Origin: Bdellovibrionales bacterium
GTDB taxonomy: Bacteria > Bdellovibrionota > Bdellovibrionia > Bdellovibrionales > UBA1609
Direction of reading: 5' to 3'
DNA length: 60,900 nucleotides
NCBI GenBank assembly: GCA_038144835.1
Contig: JAYQON010000006.1
Coordinates: forward strand, 1,959-62,858
Both the position numbers and the translations under genes were made by a program. Shown here one piece after another: positions 7,751 to 18,095 of the stretch (positions within the stretch are counted from its first letter, which is position 1; each line of letters opens with the position of its first letter). The notes below the pieces were generated by a model. The model worked only from the letters and a program-made list of their open reading frames with translations. It was not told the DNA's origin and ran no database searches.

Positions 7751-8809
7751 ATGGCCGTATTGCATATTCTGATTTTACTGAATTTTATTTGGCTTTCTGC
7801 TCAGACTGGCGCGGAGTCAGTCGTCGACTCCAAATGTTTCGAAGCACTGTCGCAACTTGAAAAGGCATCAGAAAAACATGAGCTAATGGAATTAAAAAAA
7901 CGCTATGCAAGAATTCCTAGGTCTAAAGATGAGCAGCCAAAAAAAATTGATTCGAATGATGCCAGAAGGTTCGTGAATGCCGAGGACTGGGCGCTGGCTG
8001 AGTCGACTTTGGGCGAGCGCGCCCAGTTGTTTTACAGCGAACGCACGATGCTGGCGTGGTCGCGAGCCCGCGATTTTGCTATGGCCCATACGAGCGAAAC
8101 ACCGACGCCCGATCTCATGCGGCGTCTTCATGCTGAGGCAATGCAGGCGTTATCGTTTCATGGCTTCGAAGGCCGGCGATTAAAGCTGCGCTTCAATCGG
8201 GGAGAAATTGATAAGCTTGAATATGATCGACTATTAAAAGAGGCTTTCACCAAAGATGCCAACCCATCTGGAGTCGAGCATGCAAAGCTTGCTGGTCAGT
8301 TTCGCTCGGATCCGATCGATGATATTCATCATGGTGGATCCTCTTTTTCCTCAACGGGCGAGCGCTACTTTGAAGCCTCCGAGTTGGAGGCAGTTCGTCG
8401 TAGCCCATATATGCGAGTGATAGAAACCTCGGTGCGTGAGATCGAGCCGGGCAAATTTAAGGCGGACACTTTTTACACTCCTCCTCATAAGGTCAAAGAA
8501 GAAGTTGATCTCATTTTTAAGCGTTTGCACTCCGATTTGCGGGCTGTAAAAAATGACGATGATCTCATATTGGCGGTGGCGCGAATGCAAAAGCATTTGC
8601 TCATAGTTCACCCCTTTTTGGATGGAAATGGCCGTACCATTAGATTGTTGGGTGATATGATTTTCGAACGTCATGGTCTGCCTCCTCCAGTCTTGCTGCG
8701 CGAACAAGAGATCTCTCTTTCGGTTGAGCAGATAGCTAAGGATATGAAAACCGGAATGCGAATTTATGTTGATGAAAAAGAGAGGGTACTGAAAGGGACA
8801 TTCAAATGA
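7751..8809 (+). CDS. Exported Fic-domain protein (putative AMPylase)
   Basis: Canonical HPFLDGNGRTIR Fic motif; N-terminal signal peptide. Confidence 0.9.
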   Translation: MAVLHILILLNFIWLSAQTGAESVVDSKCFEALSQLEKASEKHELMELKKRYARIPRSKDEQPKKIDSNDARRFVNAEDWALAESTLGERAQLFYSERTMLAWSRARDFAMAHTSETPTPDLMRRLHAEAMQALSFHGFEGRRLKLRFNRGEIDKLEYDRLLKEAFTKDANPSGVEHAKLAGQFRSDPIDDIHHGGSSFSSTGERYFEASELEAVRRSPYMRVIETSVREIEPGKFKADTFYTPPHKVKEEVDLIFKRLHSDLRAVKNDDDLILAVARMQKHLLIVHPFLDGNGRTIRLLGDMIFERHGLPPPVLLREQEISLSVEQIAKDMKTGMRIYVDEKERVLKGTFK

Positions 8810-10902
8810 TGAAAGCCCTCCTAATATTTCTCGCAATTGCACTTGCGCCCATTGGCACAATCTGGGCCGAAGACGTGGAAAGGGCTCTCACCGAGCTAGC
8901 CAAGCCGCTGACGGAAGACAAAATTTTTTATCGATGGGGTTCGGTGACTAGCGGAGAAAATCTCCACAAAATGGGGACTCTAGATGAGTCCATGAATAGA
9001 TACTTCATGAATCTAAAAACTGACATTGCTGCAGGGCCTGGATTTTACATGGCGGACAATATACATGGCTCTGCAGGCTACTTGCCAGAACATGGGGGTA
9101 ATGTTGTTGAAATTCGCATTCCCAAGGGAACTCCATTTATAGATGCTGAAGACCCGGTGGTAAAAAAGCGGCTCAAGGAGCTGGGGTTTAAGGATGGTGC
9201 AGAACTGGGTGGAAAGTCTATCAAAAGTCCTGTGGTTATTCGTTATTCGGGTGACTGGTTGGTTGGCAAAAATTTAACAGGCAGGGCTCATTTCACCTTA
9301 TTTCCTGGTCCAGATGCTACACTCAATTCTATTCGATCCGCCTACGATAGTTTGGAATATCAAAACCGTCCTCAAGAGCAAGTTATTGAGCAAATCAAAA
9401 AACAGCGTCCAGACTTACATAAAAAGATAGATGAAAATTTAGTCCTTGGTGACAAATTTTCGGCTCGCTTGGCTAGTCTAGAAAGTACTAAAAAGCTATT
9501 GGCTAATGCGATTGCTCAGGAATCATCTAGAAAGTCTGTAGCAGATCTTGTGAATACCTTAGTTTATAGTCCGTACCGAGGACAAATTATTCATTCGCAG
9601 GAGGAGTTTGTTTCTGGCCTAAGAGAAACATTGATAAAAAACGCGAATCCTTTTTATTTGTCTCAACTTGCCAAAGACCTGCCCGAAGATTGGGTCGCTG
9701 AATTTTTGTTGGCAAGGCAAAATGCCACTTGGGATCAGAGAACTTTTTGGAAGGAATATTTGGCCAGAATAAGTGATTTTGCTGATTCTGAATTTGTTGA
9801 ACGCATAAAGGGAGTTGAAAAAATACTGTCGGCCAGAGGGCAGAGCTTTTCCGTGGAATTGAAGGCTATCCTATCTGAAAAAATTGAAGAGCAAATTGTG
9901 ATCGCTAGAAATAAAGGAGTAAGACGCGATTCGTTAAGTGACCTTTTGGATGAGAGGTATATTGCCAATGAAAGTATAAAGTCATTGAAAGACCGATTGG
10001 CGAATCTCGAAAGATACGTCGTCGCCTTCGATAAGATGCTCGCCAAACCGACCGCCGGCACGGTGAGAGAGGTGCTAGGGGAAGCCCAAGGATTGAGGGA
10101 AGTAAAAAGTGTCGTTAGTAATCTCGTTAAACATCCAGACGTTGTTGGCAGCGTGCTGCGAGCAGAGCCCGATCTATTAGCCAGACATTTTGTGCAAATT
10201 CCACCTGCGGGTGTGTTGGGAGACCTAGTCGAAGATTTTGCTCGTGTGAAAATCAATATTGTGGATTTATCATTGGATAGTGTTATGCGTCTGCAACCAA
10301 AGGCACGAGGTCAGTTTCTCGAAGATTGTCTTATAAATTTTGGTTGTCGAAAAATTATGAGTCGGCAATGGTCACGATTGTTAAAAGATATTGAAGACAT
10401 CAGTGGAATCATGAAAGCATTAGGCCGTACGTTTTTTGTGTACACAGCCGTGCAGATCGAAAAGGAAATATTCGAGGCGATTTCAACGCCGAATCAGTTA
10501 CGCTCATTTCACAGAATATCGGGTAGCGAGATTTTGGAAGAAGATTTGCTAAAAAAGATTAAATTGATTGGGGTTGATAAATTTCATGGTCAGGAAATTT
10601 ACAGAATTGTCGATGTCAAAAAACTGGGTGCAGCTCCAAAAAAGTTGGCAATGATGACTGCTGTGCGCAATGTGGTAAATGCTGAAGATGCGATTATTGT
10701 GCAAAAGCAGTTGCGCGAATTGAATCTTGATCGAACTGAAGTAGCACATGTACTCGAGCGCAAAATGCAATCTCTAAATCCAAACTTAGACGAAATTGAG
10801 CAGTTCCGCAAAGTCAGGGGCGAGGTCGGTCGTGATAATCTCAAGCCAGCGACACAGATCGACTGCATTTCGAGTTGGAGCCGATCTCTCAGATCCCCTT
10901 GA
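8806..10902 (+). CDS. Exported protein with a putative N-terminal ADP-ribosyltransferase-like domain
   Basis: Signal peptide; FYRWG...GPGFYMA...S..Y...VVEIRIP pattern; ATGA overlap with the Fic gene. Confidence 0.6.
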   Translation: MMKALLIFLAIALAPIGTIWAEDVERALTELAKPLTEDKIFYRWGSVTSGENLHKMGTLDESMNRYFMNLKTDIAAGPGFYMADNIHGSAGYLPEHGGNVVEIRIPKGTPFIDAEDPVVKKRLKELGFKDGAELGGKSIKSPVVIRYSGDWLVGKNLTGRAHFTLFPGPDATLNSIRSAYDSLEYQNRPQEQVIEQIKKQRPDLHKKIDENLVLGDKFSARLASLESTKKLLANAIAQESSRKSVADLVNTLVYSPYRGQIIHSQEEFVSGLRETLIKNANPFYLSQLAKDLPEDWVAEFLLARQNATWDQRTFWKEYLARISDFADSEFVERIKGVEKILSARGQSFSVELKAILSEKIEEQIVIARNKGVRRDSLSDLLDERYIANESIKSLKDRLANLERYVVAFDKMLAKPTAGTVREVLGEAQGLREVKSVVSNLVKHPDVVGSVLRAEPDLLARHFVQIPPAGVLGDLVEDFARVKINIVDLSLDSVMRLQPKARGQFLEDCLINFGCRKIMSRQWSRLLKDIEDISGIMKALGRTFFVYTAVQIEKEIFEAISTPNQLRSFHRISGSEILEEDLLKKIKLIGVDKFHGQEIYRIVDVKKLGAAPKKLAMMTAVRNVVNAEDAIIVQKQLRELNLDRTEVAHVLERKMQSLNPNLDEIEQFRKVRGEVGRDNLKPATQIDCISSWSRSLRSP

Positions 10903-10972
10903 CTTATCAGAGAGTGCACAATGCAAAAATAATGGGCCAGTTCACGGGCTGCGTTGACATCAATCGGTCGTA

Positions 10973-11878
10973 TTGTTACTGCCGGGGGATATGCAGCTTT
11001 ATACTATTCGGTGCTTAATCATAATACTGTTTTGGACTTATGGTGCCTGGGCCGTGCCTTTTGCCCCACCAACCCCTGTTTATTCAGCCCGGTACAGATG
11101 TACGGTGCCAATACCTTTGCATGAGGGCTTAGAGAACCTTTATCAAATGCGTTTTGACGAAGCGCTGTTATGGAATAGTCTGCCTGATCAGATAAAAATG
11201 AGCTCATGGAGTCTAAACAAGGAATGGTTTTCTCGCTACGCGGGACCTGCAATATCTCTGCGTTATTCGCCACAACACGGCCAGGAATGGAATCGGAGTC
11301 TTATTGATCTGACGACCGACACTAGCATGGCAGGAGGATTGGAGTCATATCTGCAAGAGGCTCGCAGTGAGTTTTCGATTCATCTTCTGCAATTGCCGTC
11401 GCTTGATCCGACGTTTGAGCAATGGGCGCAAAAATCGCAGTTTTTGCGACTTCTTTTTAGTCCGGTTGCCCTTAACGAAATTTTGCAGACCCGTCGCGTA
11501 GATCCTAAGCATCATGCCTTTCATACCTATGATGACCTTATAGAGTTTTACCAGACGGCCATCTCGGCTCCAAATCTGAGTTCCCGAAAAAAGTTGGCGT
11601 CAATCAAGGGAATTACGCAAGAGTGGCGATCTCTATTAGACGGTGGTGGGTACGTTTTCGGTGCCCGCAGATATTCAGTTATTTTATCCCGCTTAGCGAA
11701 TGCAGTGGTTCTTTGTGTTGAGGAAAACCAAGTTCAGTCTCCAAGGTATGTGGGCCGTAGTCAGGCAGCCAGGTTCTTGTTTGATTTTCTTGTGCGTGCC
11801 AATCAGCTCGCGTTTTTGCAGTGTGAAAACGTACTGCTCTCGCCTCGAGATAGACAGGTAACGTCAGGAGAAGAGTAG
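10973..11878 (+). CDS. Hypothetical exported protein
   Basis: 301-aa ORF with a signal-like segment ending AWA; start uncertain. Confidence 0.65.
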   Translation: MLLPGDMQLYTIRCLIIILFWTYGAWAVPFAPPTPVYSARYRCTVPIPLHEGLENLYQMRFDEALLWNSLPDQIKMSSWSLNKEWFSRYAGPAISLRYSPQHGQEWNRSLIDLTTDTSMAGGLESYLQEARSEFSIHLLQLPSLDPTFEQWAQKSQFLRLLFSPVALNEILQTRRVDPKHHAFHTYDDLIEFYQTAISAPNLSSRKKLASIKGITQEWRSLLDGGGYVFGARRYSVILSRLANAVVLCVEENQVQSPRYVGRSQAARFLFDFLVRANQLAFLQCENVLLSPRDRQVTSGEE

Positions 11879-11880
11879 GA

Positions 11881-14379
11881 GTGCAGACTTCTTTTCTTCC
11901 TATTGACGATTTTCTTAGCGCAATCGTTAATAGCGTTAAACAGCGACATAGCGTGGTTTTGACAGCTACACCTGGGGCTGGAAAGACGACGCGCTTGCCT
12001 CCTCAGCTTCTTGGTTGTGTCACCGGTCAAGTCCTAGTTCTTCAGCCTCGGCGCATGGCTGCGGTAGCCGCCTGTCACCGTGTTTGTGAGGAGAACGGCT
12101 GGACGGTAGGGCAGGAAGCTGGTTACCAAGTACGCTTTGACTCCAAGGTCGGACCTGCGACACGTTTGATTTTTATGACCGATGCTTTGCTTTTGCGACG
12201 TCTGGTGGACGACCCAGAACTCCAAGGCATAGATTTAGTGGTGATTGATGAATTTCATGAGCGTAATCTCAATCAAGATTTAATTCTTGGGTATTTGCGT
12301 GAAATGCAGGAGCTAGGTCGGCCATTAAAAATGGTGATCATGTCTGCTACGTTAGAAGCTAAAAGACTGTCACAGTTTCTGTTAGATTGCGAGGTCATTG
12401 ATGTCCCGGGCAAGGTTTACCCTTTAGATCTACGTCACCAAAATCAAAGTTTAAGTTTACGCACCGATGGTGCGTTTTATCATCGCGTTGTCGATGCTGT
12501 TTTCGCCGCTGAGCAAGAGACTCAAGGTGACATTTTGGTTTTTCTTCCAGGGACGGGTGAAATTCAACGGGTTCGAGAACGTCTGATTGAAGCCAAACTT
12601 AGAAGTCGAGAAGTCGTTGAACTTCATGGTTCCCTTTCGTTGGAACAGCAACAAAAGGTATTGCGAGTTTCTCAAAGTCCTCGCGTCATACTTTCGACAA
12701 ATGTTGCTGAAGCCTCTGTGACTGTTCCGGGAGTAGACTATGTGATCGACACTGGGTTGGCTAAAGTGATGCAAACCCACCCGCGCACAGGCTTTTCGCA
12801 GTTGGAGCTCTCACGAATCTCTTTGTTTAGTGCCCACCAGCGCGCGGGTCGGGCGGCGCGACAAAAAGCGGGTGTCTGCCTACGCTTATGGACAATTTTT
12901 GAAGAACAGACACAGGCCCAAGAATCGGTGCCTGAGTGCCAGAGAGCTGAACTGACTCAAACAATGCTACTTTTGACTCATTTGGGGGTCACGCAGTTAA
13001 ACTCCTTTTCGTGGTATGATCACCCGCCGGCGTCGTTAGTTAGTTTGGCCAGGCAGTCGTTGCTTGCTCTTCGTGCAATCAACGATGATGGACAAATCAC
13101 TGCCTTTGGACGAAGACTTCTCCGCTACCCTTTGCCCCCACGTTGGGGCGGACTTTTGGCCTTAGGTGAAGACTGTGGTATGGGTCAATTGGCAGCCAAT
13201 GCGGCGGCAATTCTGAGCGAAAGAGACTTTGTTGACCGCGAGCGTTTCAAAACGAGCGCACCTTCTTTATTTGAATGTGATTTACGACTGCGTCTTGACC
13301 TTCTTGCTGATTTTGAACATGGGCGGCCTCCCGGCTATGTGAATGTGCGAACGGCCCAAGCCGTGCTCGAAACGGCTCGACAGTTGCGTGGAATGGTCGA
13401 TCAAAAATCGTCTACCAAGGGTGATTTGTCTCGCTTATTGTTGGGTTCTCAAGGTGATCGACTTTGTCGGCGTCGCGCAGCAACTCCCAGAGCATTAATG
13501 AGCGGGCGACGAGGAGTTCGGTTGGCGGATTCATCGCAGGTGCGAACTAGCGAATTTTTTATTGCTCTACAAGGGATGGATTTACCCAATCAATCAGACA
13601 CGCAGATCACCTTGGCAAGCGGGTTTTCAAAAGCCCGGCTTTTGGAAGAACTTGGCGATAAGGTCGAAGTCGCGCAGGACGTTTGGTACGATCCGGACAA
13701 AGAAGTATTCTTCAATCGTAGAGTTCGCACGATAGGAAGTCTCCCCATAGAAGAGCCGACACTAACTCCGGCTTTGCCCGAAGTGGTGGCTGGAAAAATG
13801 GTCGAAATACTAGTGCAAAATTGGAGTCAACTGACGCAGAGGCATAAGGGCTTGCTGGCATGGTTAGAGCGCTGGAGGTTTTTTGTTCGCCATCGGCCCG
13901 AGCATGCCTCGGAGTTAAATGCGGAGGCTATAAAAAGATGTTGTGAAATGGCAGGTTATGGACGTGTGAGGCTGAGCGATGTGCTTGAACAAGATCTCGC
14001 TGCTCTCATTGAAATGGCCTTACCGTCTTCTTTGGTTCGTGATTTTGATCGTGAAGTTCCATCGTTTTTTTGTGCCCCCAGTGGTTTAGAGCATCTGATT
14101 GTGTATGGTGATTTGCATTCGGCTTACGTTGATGTGCGTTTACAAGAGATGTTTGGTCTGCTGACAACACCGCGTATTCTTTTTGGTCAAGTTCCTTTAA
14201 CTTTTCGGCTCTTGGGTCCAAATTTCAGACCTGTGCAGGTCACGTCCGATTTGGCTAGCTTTTGGAAAAATGGATATCCTGAGGTTCGAAAAGATCTACG
14301 AGCGCGCTACCCTAAGCATTCCTGGCCAGAAAATCCACTGACGGCCAAACCCGAAGCTAAAGGACGGCGCCGTTCATAG
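11881..14379 (+). CDS. hrpB: ATP-dependent DEAH-box RNA helicase HrpB
   Basis: GAGKTT, DEFHER, MSAT, QRAGRAAR; C-terminal YPKHSWPENP. Confidence 0.95.
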   Translation: MQTSFLPIDDFLSAIVNSVKQRHSVVLTATPGAGKTTRLPPQLLGCVTGQVLVLQPRRMAAVAACHRVCEENGWTVGQEAGYQVRFDSKVGPATRLIFMTDALLLRRLVDDPELQGIDLVVIDEFHERNLNQDLILGYLREMQELGRPLKMVIMSATLEAKRLSQFLLDCEVIDVPGKVYPLDLRHQNQSLSLRTDGAFYHRVVDAVFAAEQETQGDILVFLPGTGEIQRVRERLIEAKLRSREVVELHGSLSLEQQQKVLRVSQSPRVILSTNVAEASVTVPGVDYVIDTGLAKVMQTHPRTGFSQLELSRISLFSAHQRAGRAARQKAGVCLRLWTIFEEQTQAQESVPECQRAELTQTMLLLTHLGVTQLNSFSWYDHPPASLVSLARQSLLALRAINDDGQITAFGRRLLRYPLPPRWGGLLALGEDCGMGQLAANAAAILSERDFVDRERFKTSAPSLFECDLRLRLDLLADFEHGRPPGYVNVRTAQAVLETARQLRGMVDQKSSTKGDLSRLLLGSQGDRLCRRRAATPRALMSGRRGVRLADSSQVRTSEFFIALQGMDLPNQSDTQITLASGFSKARLLEELGDKVEVAQDVWYDPDKEVFFNRRVRTIGSLPIEEPTLTPALPEVVAGKMVEILVQNWSQLTQRHKGLLAWLERWRFFVRHRPEHASELNAEAIKRCCEMAGYGRVRLSDVLEQDLAALIEMALPSSLVRDFDREVPSFFCAPSGLEHLIVYGDLHSAYVDVRLQEMFGLLTTPRILFGQVPLTFRLLGPNFRPVQVTSDLASFWKNGYPEVRKDLRARYPKHSWPENPLTAKPEAKGRRRS

Positions 14380-14383
14380 GATC

Positions 14384-15092
14384 TTACCGAGTTCCTGTGC
14401 TTTCAATAATTTGAAAATCTTTATTTTCTCTATCTGCTTTTGCTGTTTTTATGCAACTGGCTTCTGAAACCTTATCACCTGATTTTTTAAAAACGTCTTG
14501 AGTAAAAAAGTTGTAGGCAGAAGGACATTTAGATTTAAGATCGTCTGGGTTTACAATGAGTACAGAAAAAGCTTCTGCGAATTCCTCAGAACGTTTGGTT
14601 TGCGCATAGGGCGAAATTTTGCAAGGTTTTACGTTTTTTGAGTACAAACCGTAGAGCTTTTGTCCATTGGCATTTGCAACTTTATGTCCTAGTTCATGAA
14701 TCAGTGCCGCAACGTTATCCCCGCCGTAGGAAAGCTTTTTGACATTTATGCGAGGTACAGTTTGATTCCATGCGCCTCTTTGATTCAAAAAATTGAATTC
14801 GGTTTGCCACTCCGGAGGTAATGGTGCGCCATTTAACTTTTCCAACTGACCAACACCCAAGGCCAACGCGCGCAAGTCTTTCGCTGAATAATCTCCTTTT
14901 ACTTTAATGCCATTGCGCTTGAGAACTTGAGTTGGATCATCCGCACTGGGCTCAATACACTCACCCGACTTAGCCACTTTTTTTTTCGGCGTAAAGATAC
15001 TGTGCATTCGCGCTCGGGTAAGAGGCGGTGAGAGCAATCAGAAAGGCCCAGGCCCACAAACTTCCTAAAAAGTGCTTTCGGTAGTTTTCCAT
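14384..15092 (-). pseudogene. Exported zinc metallopeptidase (HExxH), split by a 1-nt frameshift in an A9 tract
   Basis: Signal-peptide ORF 15092..14970 and catalytic ORF (HELGH...SPYA...EEFAEAF) to 14384 join if A9 (14978-14986) is A8. Confidence 0.7.
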
Positions 15093-15297
15093 AAATTGAA
15101 GTCGCTGCAAGAGCGAGGCCCTCATTCTCATCGAGTGAGTCGCTAATGAGATTGGGAAGTTGATTACTGTGAAAGCGACTGTCTAAATTTTTGACAGACA
15201 CTAGCAGTCGCGAAGTTGTGTAATCAGCCGAGTCCTTTGTCGCAAAATTATTAATTCTCCTCATGTAAAGAGGCGAATCTGACGAAATATTTTTTGC

Positions 15298-15666
15298 ATG
15301 AATATCAAGTCTCTTGCTCCTAATTCTGTTCTTCCGGTTGACCAAAAGCAAAAGGTCGAGAAGAACGTACGTGCTCAAAGCAGCACGGATAGGGACGCCG
15401 ATGGGCGACAAGAACAATCACAACACGAGGGAAAAAGGCATCTCAACCAACAGGAATTTGACGATGCCTTAAAGGCTCTCGCTGCAATGCCGGGACTTAA
15501 ATCCAACATGCTCACGATAAAGGTCGAAGGGCACGGCGATCTGCGTGTGGTTCTTATAATTGATCCACAAGGCCAAGTGGTTCGTAGGCTCTCTGATAGC
15601 CAGTTGTGGTCTGCGACGCGCGACCAAGATCGAAAAACCGGAAACATTCTAGACAAAGCGATGTAG
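15298..15666 (+). CDS. flaG: FlaG-like flagellar protein
   Basis: VLIIDPQGQVVRRL...GNILDKAM C-terminus; directly upstream of fliD. Confidence 0.75.
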   Translation: MNIKSLAPNSVLPVDQKQKVEKNVRAQSSTDRDADGRQEQSQHEGKRHLNQQEFDDALKALAAMPGLKSNMLTIKVEGHGDLRVVLIIDPQGQVVRRLSDSQLWSATRDQDRKTGNILDKAM

Positions 15667-15729
15667 TCATTTTATTGACTCACGGAATCCCCAGTCTCTT
15701 TGCCAAAATGAAGAGATCAAGGGGGAACA

Positions 15730-17106
15730 ATGCCAGGAATGAGTATCGGTGGAATCGCATCAGGGCTTCCGCCAAATTTGGTGGATCAATTGATCGAAGC
15801 CGAACGTATTCCCTTGCGACAGATTGAAAAAAACAAGGGCAAACAAGAAAATCGCTTAAAGCTTGTGCAGGATCTCGAGAGTAAACTTAATGGTATTACT
15901 GGAACGATCGGAGCTTTGGCCAGCTCGCGTGGTTTTTCGGACATGAAGTTAAACTCAGGGGATGTCAACATTGTCTCGGGTGCGGTAGATCCCAGCGTGG
16001 GAACGACGGGCAGTTGGAATATCGAAGTTATGGAGCTGGCACAAAAGGCGGCAGCTATTACTAATGGCTTTCCTGACAAAGACAAAACTCAAATCGGAGT
16101 CGGCTATTTTCGCTTTGAAACCCCCGACGGAAGTAAAGAGGTTTATGTTGGCGGCGATAGCAATACACTCGAAGGTGCGGCTAACGCGATCAATCGCTCT
16201 GGTGTGGGAATCAAGGCAACTGTGCTCAACGATAGAAAAGATCCAGATAATCCCTTCCGCTTAATGATTTCAGGCGAAGGTGTTGGAGCTGAAAATCAGG
16301 TCTCCTATCCGACCCTCTACTTTCTGGATGGGGATCAAGATATTTTCTTTGAGGAGAAGCGCGAAGGCAAAAATGGTCGAGTAAAAGTCGATGGCTTTGA
16401 GTTTCAAGTCGGCGAAAATACAGTCAAGGATGTCATACCCGGTGTCACACTTGATTTGAAGCAAGCCTCTCCGGGAAAGACAGTCAATATTAGCGTCAAA
16501 GAAGACCAAGAAGTTGTTTCAGGTAAGGTTAAGGGGTTCGTTGATGCGGTCAACCAAGTGCTTTCTTTTATTCAGCAGCAAAACGCTCTGACCAAAGAGA
16601 CGGACACGAGTAATACTCTGGGGGGCGACAGTTTACTGAGAAGCATTGAAAACCGTATTCGCAGCCTGATACAAAACCCTCAAATGGGGGTTTCTTCTGA
16701 AATAACCCGCTTAAATCAGCTGGGGATTCGTTTCAACCGTAGCGGCACATTGGAATTCGAAGAAAAGAAATTTAATGAAACTCTTGTGAGAGATCCGATG
16801 GCTGTTCAACGCTTTTTGGCCGGCGATGGATTTTCTGTTGGTTTTATACCGAGCTTAAAGCGAGAAATCAGTTCCCTATTAAACACAGCTTTCGGTCCGG
16901 TAGCCATTCGTAAGCGTGCCTTACAAGACCGCATTGGTCAGATGAATGATCAAATTTCTAATAAGGAAAGACAGCTCGCTCGCAAGGAGGAATCCTTGCG
17001 CAACAAATTCGCCAAGCTTGAAGAAACCGTCAGCCGTATGAAGGGCCAGGCTAGTCAGTTGGGCGCCGCGGGCTTTGGTGGCGGCGGAATTCCTGGGTTG
17101 GGTTAA
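15730..17106 (+). CDS. fliD: Flagellar filament cap protein
   Basis: GIASGL...LVDQLIEAER N-terminus, IPGVTLDL, C-terminal coiled coil. Confidence 0.95.
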   Translation: MPGMSIGGIASGLPPNLVDQLIEAERIPLRQIEKNKGKQENRLKLVQDLESKLNGITGTIGALASSRGFSDMKLNSGDVNIVSGAVDPSVGTTGSWNIEVMELAQKAAAITNGFPDKDKTQIGVGYFRFETPDGSKEVYVGGDSNTLEGAANAINRSGVGIKATVLNDRKDPDNPFRLMISGEGVGAENQVSYPTLYFLDGDQDIFFEEKREGKNGRVKVDGFEFQVGENTVKDVIPGVTLDLKQASPGKTVNISVKEDQEVVSGKVKGFVDAVNQVLSFIQQQNALTKETDTSNTLGGDSLLRSIENRIRSLIQNPQMGVSSEITRLNQLGIRFNRSGTLEFEEKKFNETLVRDPMAVQRFLAGDGFSVGFIPSLKREISSLLNTAFGPVAIRKRALQDRIGQMNDQISNKERQLARKEESLRNKFAKLEETVSRMKGQASQLGAAGFGGGGIPGLG

Positions 17107-17140
17107 AGTTTTAACGAATCGTTACCGAATGAGACAATAG

Positions 17141-17530
17141 ATGAAGAATCCATATCAGAAGTACAAAGAAACATCGGTGCAAAGTGCCAGTAAGGAAAAA
17201 ATCCTACTGATGCTCTATGAAGGAGCCATTCGCTTTATGAAACAAGCTGGAATGGCGATCGATAGCAAGGATATCGCCGGGCGAGGGATAAATATCGGAA
17301 GAGCTTTTGATATCGTCAATGAGCTAAATAATACGCTGAACCACGAGGCGGGTGGTGAAATCGCGTCGAATCTTGAGCAGCTCTATATTTTTGTCTGTGA
17401 GCAAATGACAAAATGCAACGCCACTGGTGACAAAAAGCCACTCGAAGACGCCATTCGTATTATGGAAACGCTTTATTCTGGATGGGTTGAAGCTATTGAA
17501 AAATTAAAACGCGAAGAACTCAATAAATAG
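17141..17530 (+). CDS. fliS: Flagellin export chaperone
   Basis: SASKEKILLMLYEGAI; GGEIASNLEQLY. Confidence 0.95.
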   Translation: MKNPYQKYKETSVQSASKEKILLMLYEGAIRFMKQAGMAIDSKDIAGRGINIGRAFDIVNELNNTLNHEAGGEIASNLEQLYIFVCEQMTKCNATGDKKPLEDAIRIMETLYSGWVEAIEKLKREELNK

Positions 17531-17544
17531 GTCAGGGAGGACTT

Positions 17545-17970
17545 ATGGAAACGATCGTCAATCTTCTCAAGGACAAAAATTACCATCTACAAAAATTTTA
17601 TCAGCTCAACGAAACGGAGCTGATCAATTTTGCGGAAGGAAATTTTGATAATATCGAGATTTTTTATCAATCCCGTGAAACAATTTTGGACCTGATCCGA
17701 TGCATTGACCGGCTAATTGATACCGCCTCAGAAGCTCAAGGCTCTGATGTGCGTCCTACAAATCGGCAAAAGCAAGACGTCATTGCGGCAATGGCTGAGA
17801 AAAGCGACTTAGTCACTCGCATATTGGGACAGGATCTGCAGATTTTGTCGGTCATTGAGCAAGCAAAATCTGACATCATTAAAGAGCTGCGTGGAGTGCA
17901 AGTTGCACGGAAGGCTGTTGGTGCCTATAAGTCCGGTGACACTCCGGCAAAATTCGACGAAAAGGCCTGA
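17545..17970 (+). CDS. Helical flagellar chaperone-like protein (FliT/FlgN-like)
   Basis: 141-aa helical ORF after fliS; SD GGGAGG. Confidence 0.6.
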   Translation: METIVNLLKDKNYHLQKFYQLNETELINFAEGNFDNIEIFYQSRETILDLIRCIDRLIDTASEAQGSDVRPTNRQKQDVIAAMAEKSDLVTRILGQDLQILSVIEQAKSDIIKELRGVQVARKAVGAYKSGDTPAKFDEKA

Positions 17971-18095
17971 CAGATCGTTGACGCTGGACTTTGTTTTCTG
18001 TCCCGACCTTAAGCCCGATTTGAATCCTGTCTTCGCGTTTATTCTTATTTCACCCCTGGCATCACGGTTGCTGAACAGAGTATGGGGAGGCAACC

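Noticed and set aside
14899..15417. 172-aa minus-strand ORF
   Set aside because: Overlaps flaG and the peptidase; the real signal peptide is in another frame.
17104..17131. sigma28-like promoter before fliS (TAAA-N16-ACCGAATG), and a similar one at 30404-30431
   Set aside because: Spacer is one base off consensus; plausible but not supported enough.
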